In this document: positions 12,828 through 25,508 of the stretch, one piece after another
Numbering within the stretch: position 1 is the stretch's first letter
How the letters are laid out: each line of letters starts with the position of its first letter
Assembly (NCBI GenBank): GCA_049724395.1
Contig: JAUGWO010000139.1
Coordinates: 124,001-169,192 of the forward strand
From: Spongospora subterranea f. sp. subterranea
Taxonomy: Eukaryota
Direction: 5' to 3'
DNA length: 45,192 bases
Notes under the pieces: generated by a model
What the model was told of the DNA's origin: nothing
Seen by the model: the letters and a program-made list of their open reading frames with translations, nothing else
Databases searched by the model: none
Translations under genes and position numbers: made by a program

Positions 12828-14501
12828 CTACGAAGGTAAGATTGAGTCTTGAGGATTGCCAGTCTGAATCCCGGGCATATCACCAGTAAAATTGGTGATA
12901 GTGGATCGCTTCCGATGAATCGGCGGAGACACACCCTTTGAGGCTATTATCGATTCGTACATATTGTGCGCTTGTCGAGATTGAAGATAATTCATCCACA
13001 GTTGATTATTTGTTTTGTTTTGGAGATATCTCTCGAATGCTCCGGTTCTCATAGTAGCTAAAACTTCGTTTTGGGCTGCTTTGAATACCAACATATCAAT
13101 TGGCTTCCATTTCTGTACTGGGTCCAATGATTGCGACTTTTCATGCACCACTTCAATTTTGATACCAGCAATACTGACTCGGCGCTTGAAGGTAAGCTGT
13201 GAATAAAAATCACTCATAGTTTCGGGCAGGAAAATTCCGATCTACCAGCCGCCTATCAGACCGTAATTATAACTCAAATCGTATAGACTTACAGGGGCAT
13301 TTGGCGCTAAATACATCTAGAAAGTAGAACGTTTTAGTCATCAGCAGAAGAATCGAAGTTGCTTACTTGATAAATTGCGTCAGCGGCTTCAGCGACATCG
13401 GTGTCGGTAGAAGTAGGAGCCACTCGGCATAAGTCATTAATTGCTTTCCAAAATAACAAATTTTCTGAAAACGACCAAACAATTTAGTTGTCAATAAGAA
13501 GTTTGAATCATACCATTGGACGTACCGACACAGAGCTCCTTCTGAAGATACTCTCGAAAAGAGGAGAACCCTTCAGCAGTGGAGAGAAATCCTTCGAATA
13601 TCAAATGAGCATCCGGCACATCAACACGACGGTGGCGACGTTGAGTGCTCTTCAACTCTTTCACGATAGGTTGAGTAACCAGGAGCATGAAACCACCGGG
13701 AGCGAAAAACATGATCAATAGGAGCTCGCTGAGGTGCCAACCAGGTTTTTTGAGATCTCGATCGACGAAATTTTCAATGATCCAAAGCAAAGCGAACGAG
13801 ATCAACGAATATATTGTAACATGCATAACATTTCGCTTTAGACCGAGCTCGTCGACGAACACTCGTAGACGAAATATTAAAATCAATACGACGATGAGGA
13901 ATAACGCGGTCTTTACTGAACCGAGTAAGCTGAGTCGATAACATGTGATATCATTCATCCTGCGACATTCAACAGTATCCACGAGGTATGAATCATCAGA
14001 TTCAGTGATTATGATTAGGACGCAAACACTCATGACGGCAAAACTCATGAATATAACGATCAGAGAAAACTTAAGTGAAAGGGTGAATTTGCACCAATCG
14101 ATCCATTTGATCATCTCTGAAACGGCTTTATCCTTCTCGACATCGGTCAACTGCAATGATTCTCCCAACTGGCCAATACCAATCCTCTTCTTATTCATGT
14201 TGAATATCGCTGACAGTGAAAGAACAATAATAGCCAAACACGACTGGACAATGTCATTGAAGGTAATCTTGGCAATCATACCGGTGATTCCAACCCATCG
14301 ATAACTCAAAGGTAAGGCATGCAGGACGCATGAGATTATCATGTCGAGAAGATAAGATATGCTAACGATCATGAGAATGTCTGGCCGGCGACACCTTACA
14401 GCATGAAGATTCCTCGACCTAACAAGTATGATGATGCTTGGCACTAAATATGCAATCGAAGCAGCTAATGAGAATAAATACACGAATTGGTATGCTTCCA
14501 T
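12828..14501 (-). CDS. 7TM-RGS protein (seven transmembrane helices fused to a Regulator of G-protein Signalling domain), multi-exon
   Basis: ORF 13491-14561 has seven hydrophobic segments. The spliced RGS box reads FEGFLSTAEGFSSFREYLQKELCVENLLFWKAI...AIYQMYLAPNAP-IGIFLPET...VFKAAQNEVLATMRTGAFERYL. Confidence 0.85.
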
Positions 14502-14901
14502 GCGAAATAAACTTGGAATATCAAGCGTATCACTTCTGAAAGCGAAGATGGGCTTGTACACGGTTGGATCAGGCTGAAAAATATCTAGTTGTTATTAGTT
14601 GGGGACACGTCTTTAGGGAATTTGTGCAGGATTTGTCGGCCGTCCATACCGTGTAAAAAAAAAGGCGATTTTCATATACCGTGCAGGTAACGGAGACGAA
14701 ACCTCAGAGAAAACAGCAACAATAGTATTGACCTCTTTATCATCATTTGAGCTGGACGGAGTCATTCAAAATTTGCACGCGTAGCACGCTCAACTGGAGA
14801 ACCCGTTGAATACTGACCGTAATTCAATCGAATGCATCCCTGGGATTTCTCCGGAAATGTTCCAAAGGCAAGGGAGCCAGCGCCAACGTAAACACGAGCT
14901 G

Positions 14902-14924
14902 GTTCTGGAACCTTCTCTATATAT
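14902..14924 (+). promoter_or_regulatory. Perfect three-unit heat-shock element followed by a TATA-like box
   Basis: gTTCtgGAAccTTCt at 14902-14916 is followed by TATATAT at 14918-14924, ~1 kb upstream of the HSP70 ATG. A two-unit aGAAggTTCc lies at 15763-15772. Confidence 0.55.
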
Positions 14925-15165
14925 TTCTACAAGGTTGAATTCACAGTGATATTTTGTCAACCATTCTTTCTGTTATAAAAAATCCGGTCGACTACTGAAG
15001 CAGCTTCCGTGCCACAGCCAAAGATTAACACCGGCTAGGCCACAAACCTCTGTTTTCAAGAATCTGATGAACCATTTACTGGACGCCATCTATCATTTGA
15101 AGATTGTGCTCCGTTGACAAACCAGCCGCTCTTGAGATTCTTTACGTTCATGCCTCTATGTGATG

Positions 15166-15289
15166 AATTGATTGGGTTTACAGTCAAAGCATCAGGAGAT
15201 GCTGGATCCTAACGCGTTGCTTGCATTTGATATTTTAGCTAATCATAATGCGTTTGATCCTGATGCTTTGATTATCAACCGCCTCAATT
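15166..15289. repeat. Long imperfect inverted repeat (124-nt foldback)
   Basis: Perfect 14-bp arms TCAAAGCATCAGGA (15184-15197) and TCCTGATGCTTTGA (15258-15271) extend outward to AATTGA/TCAATT and inward through AACGCGTTG/TAATGCGTT. Confidence 0.8.
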
Positions 15290-15899
15290 TATAAAATGGA
15301 GGACAGACCGTCAAAAATCTGAGAAGCAGCTGTTTCGTCAATAACGGTATATGCAGATTGGGAACGTTATGATAATCGCCTGCTTTGCAACACTATTCTT
15401 TTTCAGTCTTTACAAAACGATTCCTGGGATTTGTTGTGGACTTGATCTGTCGACGCTATAACTCAGCATCAGTAAATGCATGAATTGCGGCCCTGCTCTA
15501 ATCTGCCATTTTTGCCAAACACGACAAAACGGATCATACCCAGAACATTCTGATGCGGAAACCGATAATTGGTTTGGAAAATTCCAGACCTGTTCTTTAC
15601 AGTCGGGCTCAGCCAGTCCAAGGACTGTCCAAGGGCATTTGGTGAAGAGGCTGCAGTCACAAATGTACAGTACTGTAAGACCGCAACCCGTTGTCCGAAC
15701 TTGACTTTGGCCACGGATTTCTTCTACAGCACGGGTTTTCCCGGCACATTCCGAAAGGGTTGAGAAGGTTCCAAACCGCATTGAGAATTCGGGTCAGACT
15801 TTGGTAAAGGCCGTAGACTGAAACTGGTCGGAGCGGATATACCGCATTCTTCATTCCGAACTTGATCATCTATTGTCAACAACACAAGCTACCACAAAC

Positions 15900-17867
15900 A
15901 TGTCTGAGAAAAAGGTTTCCGGACCGGCCATCGGTATCGACTTGGGCACAACCTACTCTTGTGTCGGGTGCTGGAAGAACGGCGCCGTCGAAATCATCGC
16001 CAACGACCAGGGAAACCGTACCACCCCGTCGTACGTCGCTTTCACCGACTGTGAGCGTTTGATTGGTGAGGCTGCCAAGAACCAGGCTGCTCGTAACCCA
16101 GAAAACACCATTTTCGATGCCAAGCGTCTTATCGGCCGCAAGTTCAAGGATGACATTGTCCAGTCTGACATGAAGCTATGGCCATTTAAGGTCGTCGAGA
16201 TGGACTCTGGTCGCCCAGCCATCCGTGTCACCTACAAGAACGAAGTGCAAACCTTCTACCCTGAAGAAGTTTCGTCCATGGTCCTGTCCAAGATGAAGGA
16301 GACTGCTGAAGCCTACCTCGGCGAGACTGTCAACCATGCCGTCATCACTGTTCCTGCCTACTTCAACGACTCGCAGCGCCAGGCTACCAAGGACGCTGGT
16401 ATGATCGCCGGACTCAACGTCCTCCGTATCATCAACGAGCCCACCGCCGCTGCTATTGCCTATGGTCTAGACAAGAACTCCAAGACTGAGATGAATGTTT
16501 TGATTTTCGATCTTGGTGGTGGTACGTTTGATGTGTCGATCCTCACTATTGAAGATGGTATCTTTGAAGTCAAGGCCACTGCTGGTGACACCCATCTTGG
16601 TGGAGAAGATTTCGACAACCGTCTGGTCCAGCACTTCGCCGAGGAGTTCAAGCGTAAGACCAAGAAGGATGTCCATGGCAACCACCGTGCTCTTCGCCGT
16701 CTTCGTACTCAGTGCGAACGTGCCAAGCGCATTTTGTCTTCATCTACCCAGGCTGCCGTCGAAATCGATTCCCTCGTTGACGGTATTGACTTCAACTCTT
16801 CCATCACTCGTGCTCGTTTCGAAGCTCTCTGTGCCGACTACTTCAAGGATACCCAGATCCCAGTTGAGAAGGTTCTTCGTGATTCTAAATTCAGCAAGGG
16901 CGACATCGATGAGATTGTCCTGGTTGGTGGTTCCACCCGTATCCCCAAGGTTCAGGAGATGATCAAGGAATTCTTCAACAACAAGGAACTGTGCAAGTCG
17001 ATCAACCCAGATGAAGCCGTTGCCTGTGGTGCGTCCGTGCAGGCCGCCATTCTCAGCGGTGACTCAAGCGAAGAAACTTCCAAGATTTTGCTGCTTGATG
17101 TTTCTCCTCTGTCCCTCGGAATTGAAACCGCTGGAGGTGTCATGACCAACTTGATCCCACGTAACACCACTGTTCCATGCAAGAAGCAGCAGATCTTCTC
17201 AACCTACGCTGATAACCAGCCTGGTGTATTGATTCAAGTCTTCGAAGGAGAACGCCCATTGACCAAGGATAACAACATTCTGGGCAAGTTCGAACTCTCC
17301 GGAATTCCTCCAGCTCCCCGTGGTGTTCCCCAGATTGAAGTCACCTTTGACGTTGACGCCAACGGTATCCTGAATGTCAGCGCTGAGGACAAGTCCACTG
17401 GAAAGAAACAGAAGATCACGATCACCAACGACAAGGGCCGTCTCAACAAAGAGGACATTGAAGCCATGATTCGCGACGCTGAGAAGTACAAGAACGAGGA
17501 CGCTCAGCTTCGCAAGAAGGTCGAGGCTCGCAACGGTCTTGAGAACTACGCTTACTCGATGAGGAACTCCGTTGACGACGAGAAGCTCAAGGACAAGATC
17601 TCCGACGAAGACAAGTCCAAGATCTCAACTGCCGTCACCGATGCTTTGAAATGGATCGAGACTCACTCCGAGTCCGAAATCGAAGAGTTCGAAGCCAAGC
17701 AGAAGGAGTTGGAGGCTATTTGCAACCCGATCTTGACCAAGGTTTACCAATCTGCTGGCGCTGAAGGCGGTATGCCATCTGGAATGCCCGGAGGTATGCC
17801 CGATTTCGGTCAAGCAGCTGGATCCAAGCCCTCCGGTCCAGGCCCGAAGATCGAAGAAGTCGACTAA
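15900..17867 (+). CDS. HSP70: Cytosolic heat shock protein 70, intronless
   Basis: [57 protein letters not shown] repeats and C-terminal GPKIEEVD; strongly biased codon usage. Confidence 0.98.
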   Translation: MSEKKVSGPAIGIDLGTTYSCVGCWKNGAVEIIANDQGNRTTPSYVAFTDCERLIGEAAKNQAARNPENTIFDAKRLIGRKFKDDIVQSDMKLWPFKVVEMDSGRPAIRVTYKNEVQTFYPEEVSSMVLSKMKETAEAYLGETVNHAVITVPAYFNDSQRQATKDAGMIAGLNVLRIINEPTAAAIAYGLDKNSKTEMNVLIFDLGGGTFDVSILTIEDGIFEVKATAGDTHLGGEDFDNRLVQHFAEEFKRKTKKDVHGNHRALRRLRTQCERAKRILSSSTQAAVEIDSLVDGIDFNSSITRARFEALCADYFKDTQIPVEKVLRDSKFSKGDIDEIVLVGGSTRIPKVQEMIKEFFNNKELCKSINPDEAVACGASVQAAILSGDSSEETSKILLLDVSPLSLGIETAGGVMTNLIPRNTTVPCKKQQIFSTYADNQPGVLIQVFEGERPLTKDNNILGKFELSGIPPAPRGVPQIEVTFDVDANGILNVSAEDKSTGKKQKITITNDKGRLNKEDIEAMIRDAEKYKNEDAQLRKKVEARNGLENYAYSMRNSVDDEKLKDKISDEDKSKISTAVTDALKWIETHSESEIEEFEAKQKELEAICNPILTKVYQSAGAEGGMPSGMPGGMPDFGQAAGSKPSGPGPKIEEVD

Positions 17868-18159
17868 ACTGTGACAGTTCCTTTCCAGCAAACTATTGAT
17901 CGACAACAGTAATAAACACATAGCGGTCGAATTATTATTTCCTTACTCGTTGTTTGCGGTTCATTCAACATTGTAGCTTTTGTCAACGATTTTCATGATT
18001 AATACATCCATGAAATCTCGGTTGGTTCAGCCCTGTTAAAGTGCCAATCTCTGCACCCAACGCGCGAATTGCCGGTTGTTTCCTTCATAACCACTGAATG
18101 TATTAGCCGCCTTACTTCGCTATTGCCTACAGCAAAGAAGTATTGTGCTCTTCATTAAC

Positions 18160-19334
18160 TATGTTTATTCCTTCTGAATCCCCAGCGCTGTATTGCTGCA
18201 AGAACTTCATCCTGTGACATTTGCCCGTTCCGTTATTGTGGATTTCAAGCCGATCATACTTGTTTAGTTTATGCATAATGCTTTCATCCAATAAATGGAT
18301 ACCATCGATCATGATTGGCTATTATTGCTCTTTCCTTATCGACGATATCTACGTTGGCTCACGATTGGTCGACTAGATCAAGCATTTGGTATGGGCCGAT
18401 AACGAAAAAGAGCAAGCTGTTATGGACGTTATGAAATGGATCTAACTTTTTCGCCTTCAAGAATTATACCTTCTACAATCATCGGTTTGGCAACAATAAA
18501 GTACTTGGGCCTATTGATCAAATACCTTTTTCAATAGCGTCGGAAAGAAATTGAATATATCAAATCACGTGCTGATGATTATTGTTGCCGCACAGGGTTT
18601 TATGTTCTGACTCGAAATCTGACAATTGAAATAACAAGAACGGCAGTCAACGCATTCTCTGCCCACAAGTGATGTACCTGAGGTGGAGGTTTGCTTGATT
18701 TTCGAGAGCATTTGTAGAAGTCTGCGTTGGTAAGTTTTCTCGAAGCGGCAACCCTTAATGCAATGCCAAAAACGTCACATTAAGAACACCAGCTGTTGTG
18801 AAAAGCAATTTCACGACATTAAAGCATCAAATTAAGGAATCAGTGCAAAACTTTAATCCCGAAATATATGAGACTGAATAGCACAAATCGTCTATATTGT
18901 CTCTCAACATTTTCCGATGTCCTTGTTGCCTTATTGTTTCAGATGGTTCTTGGCGCCCAATGCCCCAGAAAGCTATAGGAGGGTTTCAATCAAGTATGGC
19001 CACAAAACGGGTTTGTATTGAATATAGATGGGAGTCCAGATATCTGACTGAATAAAGCAGCATTGGTAGAATGTATGTACCTTTTGGAGTTTAATTGGAG
19101 TATTGTTCGAAGGCCATTGAGGTAGTGGACGAGAAAAAGGTTGAAGGCGACAGTACCACTAGTGACACCGAGTATGGCGAATGTGAGCGTGCCCTTAATG
19201 TCGTACACTTATTGGCGAAAATGAGAAGCGGTTCGCAAACCAGATATCTTGAAGTGCCCACCTCAAACACGTATATTCATGACAATTTCCTGCAATCGAC
19301 TCCAGCATATGGAATGTGTGCCACAGAATTCTAG
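18160..19334 (+). CDS. Possible multi-exon hypothetical protein; boundaries uncertain
   Basis: Several GT..AG intron-like segments and a terminal ORF 19095-19334 followed by AATAAA-like sequence. No recognisable domain. Confidence 0.25.
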
Positions 19335-19649
19335 GGGATAAATAACCCCATGCATCAGACTTGAAAACTATCAATGCAGACGTGACCACAGTCCAAAAGA
19401 GTAATATCGACACGAACCAGCCCACAAACACACGTCATGAAAATGAAGATCAACGTTGACCGACCCCACAGTGAAGAGAGAGAGGCCCCGGCAGTGATAT
19501 AACGGGGCTGCCCCTGACTGTATCTGTATACAGTGTGCAGTCGCGCAATCCCCTCCCACTCCACACACACCATTGAGCGCAAACTGTTTATTGAACAACA
19601 ATTGTTCATTATCTGTAATAATCGTTTTGTTGGCCGTGGCACAAACCAA

Positions 19650-21307
19650 ATGCATAATCGCTGGTGGCGATGGTCGCGATTATTTCGCCGACGATTTCCG
19701 ACGTATTTGTTGCGTTTGAAGAGCTCAGTGGGTACCATTCCACTCCCTGCGGCGATACCGTTGGTCGCATATCCGTATTTGAACGTGCAGCCTGTTGCCT
19801 TCAACACGCCAAGGTAGATTGGCAGGGATTCAAAACAGATCGGCATGGGCTTACTTCCATGCATAGCAGTAGTAGTCTTATGGAGGGAGAGACGGCAATG
19901 AGTGAGCTCACCAGCAGGATTGGAGCTTTACGAAAAGATCATGGATCCATGGGATGGCCAAAAGTGTCATGGAGGACGCTTCCGGATGGAGCTATTGACG
20001 TCTGGTGGACGTTGGCAACTGCCGTGGATAGTAGTGAAATCCTGCTCAGTCTTCTGAATGCACTGGGTGGGGAACTAATCGCCGAATCGGCTTGCGTCGA
20101 TTCGAAAGTAGACAAGTTGAGTGTTTTCATCAATGAAATTGCTCGAATTTACGATGTCAACACTTCAGACCAGTGCTAATGTTCAGGGTCGAAGACAGGA
20201 AGATGGAGATTGCTCTAATGAGAAACGGGTCGGCAGCTGGGATATATATTCGCAAACATGGTCGGCGTGCCGCCACACATGCTACAGTGGTAAAACTCAA
20301 TTTCAGAGCGTTTGTCCAGGTCAATGGCGGAACGATGAAATTGACGCAATTTGTCAAGCATACGAATTAACGTATGTTCCTGTCGCCAAAGCTGCTTCTG
20401 AACTTTCGGAATCAGGTGTCAGACTTTACCAACCCACATCGAACATGGACTGGAGTGACCTAGCGGGTTATGATAAACTTGCTGAAGAAATTAGAACAAC
20501 GGTTATCGACGCAACAGCTCATGCGGAAGTGTTCGACGAGATTATGAAGATGACAAGGGTACGACCAGAAAGCAATAAGCCTAGAGCAGTACTTTTTGAG
20601 GGCAATCCGGGTAATTTAGTAGCTCTCGTCTCATAACTTTGAAGTTGATGTTGTTTCCAGGAACTGGCAAGACAAGCGCGGCGAAGATCATCGCTAGTCG
20701 TGGATCACTTCCGCTGGTGTTCTTGCCACTTCAGTCAATCATGTCGATGTACTATGGTGAAAGTGAGAAAACTCTTGCCAAAATATTTGACGCTGTGGAT
20801 AAGCTTGGCGATGCCGTTATTTTCATCGATGAAATTGATAGCTTAGCACCATCACGAGAAACTGACATCCATGAAGCTTCTCGTCGTATACTCTCAGTTC
20901 TTTTGCAAAGAATAGATGGTATGGAACCATCTAAAAGGAATAGCCTTATCATTGCCGCAACCAATCGAAAGCAGGACCTTGATAGTGCACTGCTGAGCCG
21001 TTTCGATGTTGTTATCAGGTTCAACGATCCAGATCTGACGCAACGGGCCAAAATATATGAACGCTATGCTAAGCACTTATCAGAAGAAGAAGTGATCAAA
21101 CTTGCGACAAAGTCAGAGCACCTCACCGGTCGCGATATTCGCGACGTTTGTGCCCATGCTGAGCGAGCATGGGGATCAAAACTAATCCACGATCGTGATG
21201 ACGACCGTGGCCCTGCTCTAGGACAATACACCATTACGCCATCACCACCTCCTCTAGAAATGTATCACGAATCGTTGAGAATGCGCGTTCAAGGCCTGAG
21301 TTCCTAG
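19650..21307 (+). CDS. Single-domain AAA+ ATPase with an Arg-rich N-terminus (possible mitochondrial presequence), multi-exon
   Basis: Walker A GNPG|TGKT is split by an intron (~20611-20660). Walker B is VIFIDEID and the SRH is IAATNRKQDLDSALLSRF. Introns at 19814-19869, 20116-20186 and ~20261-20319 give a continuous frame. The N-terminus is MHNRWWRWSRLFRRRF. Confidence 0.85.
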
Positions 21308-21631
21308 TATCTATCATAAACACACTTAAATATATATATTATTCACTTCATGTTTATTGATTCTCATTCCCGAACAAATTTCACCAAATTCACGGGAGAA
21401 CGACTGTGAATTTGTTGAACAACCGCAGATTTTCACCTGGGGTTTTGAGTTTTTCTGCGGGTGACCTGGTTCGTGCGGAATGCGTGACGGAGGCCGTTGA
21501 CCCAATGAGGCGGGTGGAAACCTGGCTCAGTTTATATCCCGCTCTGTTGAGTTGGACTCAACCAAGGCCGAGGGAATCTGATCGGTCTCTCTCTATAGTA
21601 TTATCTCCACTGAAGTCACAGCTCGGCGTCA

Positions 21632-23128
21632 ATGCCAAGTCCATTAGTCTGCCTGGATCATGACCGGTTACGGTCCTACGATTATCAGGAGTTCATCTGC
21701 GAGCTGATCAATGAGCTGCACCGCTGCACGGATCTCATGAACGACGTGAAAGTGGTCGTGGACCACAGCCGCGAGGACCTCATCGCCTTCATCGCCAAGA
21801 ACAAGACGATTCTGGATGTTCTGATGGCGGTCGTGGACGTATCCGCATCCGGCGATGCCGGCAACAATTCCCTCGAGCTCAACATATTCGATAATCGACT
21901 GGACCTGCATCTGTACGAGTTCCACAAAGCGGCCACAAACCTCCTGGCCAAACTCAACGCTCTTCCGACGTCCGATGCCCAACGTCGTTTGCGTCTGTTG
22001 ATCCTGTGTGTGTTCTGTGTTGTCGCCTTCTTCATCAGCACCTGTATTGCTTACTCCACTGGCGTGATCAAGCGATATTATCATGTCAAGAAGCCGTTCT
22101 TCATCGCCACCGTCGAGTCACTATGTGTTGGTGTTAACGGTTTGATATGGGGAGGTGCGGTCCTGTGGAAGCGATATCGTTGCCCCGGTGGACGTCCAGC
22201 GGGAACCAATCTCGGATTCGTTTCCAGGATCAGAGAGTATCTGTTGATCGGGCTGATCGACGGTGGCCATATCATACTGCAGTCATTCGCCCTGAACTCC
22301 CTACCCAGCAGCATATACGTCCTGCTCAAAGGTTCGGGGATCGTATTCAGTGTCGTCCTGTCGAAGATCGTGGTGAAGAAGGTGTTCCTTCTGCAGCACT
22401 GGATAGCGGTCATGATCATGATCATATCCACGGTATCGGTCGCCATATGCACTCCCAACGACAAGGGCAGCGATGCCGCCACCGAATTCTACAGTGGCGT
22501 CGCCTACTGCCTGTCGAGCTGTTTCGTCGTCAGCCTTCTTGGCGTGATCCAACAGAAGATGATGTCGAAACACAAGAGCGCCGACGAGACCATCGACATC
22601 ATCGCCGAAGCGAACTTCGCCCAGAGCGTGCTGGTTGCGATCATCGTCCTCCCAGCCACACTGATATCGGGCGAATGGACATCATGGTCGGATATCGCCA
22701 CCCGCCTGTCCGACGATCAACAGCTGGCCCCGTTCCTGGGCTACTGTACCGCCATCCTCCTGGCCCGCTCTTTGTCGGTGTTCGCCGCCATGGGGATCAC
22801 CAGCTTCGCTAGCGCCATGTTCTCCCGCGCCTATGGTGGGGTTCGCCAGAGCCTGCAGGTGATCGCCCTCAGCCTGGTTCTGCACGAGTAATCACATTCG
22901 CCCCGGTTCGTTATCGCTCCGTTCGTCGCACTGATGGCGTGTGTTGTTTTTTTCAGGGGATTCCATTGGTCGAAATCGATCTCCATCGTGCTATCGGCTG
23001 TGGCCTTTGCGGTTTACATTTGGGCTGGATATTTATTACAACAACGAAAGAAGTTGGCTGAACGAAAGCTTGCGCCGGCGACGTTCATAACAGTTATGGA
23101 CCAATCTGGTGCAACATCGATCAAGTAA
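21632..23128 (+). CDS. DMT-superfamily transporter, purine-permease (PUP/PUNUT)/nucleotide-sugar-transporter-like, 2 exons
   Basis: About 10 hydrophobic helices. YLLIGLIDGGHIILQSFALNSLPSSIYVLLKGSGIVFSVVLSKIVVKKVF fits the DMT core. Intron 22888-22956 joins LSLVLHE to GFHWSKSISIVLSAVAFAVYIWAGY, resembling PUP C-termini. Confidence 0.7.
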
Positions 23129-23366
23129 GAGATCGGTATTGTTCGGTCTGTCTGTCTATCAGGGTGGTTATATAAAACAGCAATTGTAAATACTCTGCAA
23201 TGACTGGATTTGTGGGGGTTTATCATTGACAACATGATAATCGGGTCGATGATCGCGATCATCGACATTCAGTCGTGATTTTATATGGAGGATGTGATAT
23301 ATTCCTCCCATGTTGTTGTTGTTATCAGATCGTCGTTCGCCGATGTTCAGTGTTCATGCAAGGTGG

Positions 23367-25186
23367 TCATTTCCGGGACTCAGCGAGTGATGTTATCAGA
23401 TTGGACAAGGGACTGTCATCTGGAACCGGTCTCAAGTCCTCCATGTCTTTAGTCCAAAACGGATTACAACTTCTTTTGGAGATTGTGTGAAATTGTAAAC
23501 TCGTTTTCGGCCCAAGTGGGGATGATCCTCTCTGTATTGAGTAATGAGACGACACATTGAGAGTATATCATATCAAGACATTATCCTGTAAAATGTTAGT
23601 GGGTGGTTGATCGATGATGGCAAGGAAGAGCGGTGTGTGAATATGATCACGATCATCGCCATCACCTGTCGATATTGTGCTCATCATCAGACACCCTAAA
23701 GGGCGGCGACCTGGCCATCCCTGACAGATTGGCGATATTGGGATATTGCTGGACCTGAATCAGGCGATACGATGTGATCGCCGACACGATATACGACAGA
23801 TAGATATGAGATAATCGGGTGATATTGACCCATCGCGATAGGAGATCGTGATCGATCAGATGAACGTATGTTGTGATCGATTGCCGGGCCCGTTTATGGA
23901 TCTCATCCGATAGCGTCGTATCCGATAAACTATCGAGACCGGGCTGGATATTGTGATGAACCCACGATAGGAACTCGTCGTCGATGATCGATATGGGATC
24001 GGATTGTCGTTCGGCGATATATCTCATGATCGTTGGAATACTGGTGATATATTCCCATTGATTGTCCTGTTCAACGCGATTAGCGATGTGATTGAACGGG
24101 AGCCGGTACGACCTTATAGATCAATACGAATGGCAGTGGTGGTGGTGAGATCATCCCAGATAGGATCTCATCGATGGGGATATAGATTCGGATCAGGTCC
24201 GAATACGATCGGAGCAGGAGGTGATGAACAGGAAGAGATGACGGCGATGGCGAGAGACAGATTAGGGAATTATTTGGGGATCTGTTGTGATATTGAGGGA
24301 AACAATGAGGGTGTTGGTGAGAGATATTGGATAGCCATTGGTGGATTTGGGGATGGCGATGGGGAGGGAAAATAGAGGATAGGATGGGAGGAGATCTGGA
24401 TATGGAGGTGAGGAGAAGGGAACAGACGAGATCGGGGAGGGTGAGGGAGGAACCGCAGAGATAATGGCGATAAGAGAGGATATCGGATAGACGGGAGATG
24501 GTCGAAATGAGGCGGGAGAGGGAGAGAGATTGGGACCTGGGCGATGGGGATGAGGGGGAGGGGGAGAGGGAGAGGGAACAAGGGGAGTACCATTGGGATA
24601 AGGAGAGGGAGAATGATGAGGGAGAGAGGGAGAGGATCGTGATCAGATTGGGGAGGAGATCGTACAGACAGATATCCATCAACTCGTGTATTAACGGGTT
24701 TGGGGGATCGGGGGCGATGAGCGGCGAGTGGAGGAGATGGGTTAGGAGATATAGGGCGGGGGTGTTGGCGACAATAAGATGGCGATTATGGTCCTGGATC
24801 ATTATATATATATCGTCCCCATTATCACCCTCGTCCTCGTCCCGATTATCGCCATCAATAATCCTGATATTACCACATTTTGACGATGATTGTTTTGCCA
24901 GATAAACTCCTAATGGATATAATGGATGATCGGTCGATCTCCCTAATATAATATCAACCCGATCGCTATCGACCGCCAATTCAGATCGGTTTATCTGATC
25001 CTCCTTCCCCATTTCATGATCAGTACCGCCCCCTCCACCATCGTCGTTCTCCCATCGATCACCGCCGCCTTCAATGGATATCGCCTTATCCTCAACCGGA
25101 TCAGGGTCCTGTTGGCGAACAATCTCGGCCAGTTCGGGCTGGACCTGATCAGGTTCACGATCAGGTTTAGATGATCCACATCCCAT
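23367..25186 (-). CDS. N-acylated protein with glutathione-S-transferase C-terminal-like domain(s), multi-exon; 3' end uncertain
   Basis: MGCGSSK myristoylation/palmitoylation motif. RLSDILSYRHYLCGSSLTLPDLVCSLLL...HPQIHQWLSNI matches the GST_C pattern, and ORF 23662-24027 (QQYPNIANL) may be a second degenerate copy. Confidence 0.55.
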
Positions 25187-25508
25187 AATACCTGTTGAAC
25201 AATATCGGACCCCAGTTCAGGTCAATCTGATTACGACAAACACACTCAATACCACTCATCAAAGGACATATCTAGATATTAATACAGATAATGGGCCACA
25301 AATCACATATCATAACATCATCATCAATAACACCAAATTTATATAACCGCTCATCAAATCGTTAATTATGATGGGGAGACCGTTATCACCATTGATATAT
25401 CGCCTGTTTGACCCACTCAACGAAAACCGGATCGTTTTCGACGACAGATTTGGAGGTGCAATGTGGAGTTTGAGGATATTCCAAATGAATATGTATTTGG
25501 TGAATGTA

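Noticed and set aside
15953..17921. Antisense and alternate-frame ORFs over HSP70
   Set aside because: These are expected shadows of strongly biased codon usage and are fragmented by stops.
20100..20330. Apparent frameshifts in the AAA ATPase gene
   Set aside because: They are resolved by GT-AG introns at 20116-20186 and ~20261-20319, which give ...IYIRKHGQWRNDEIDA.
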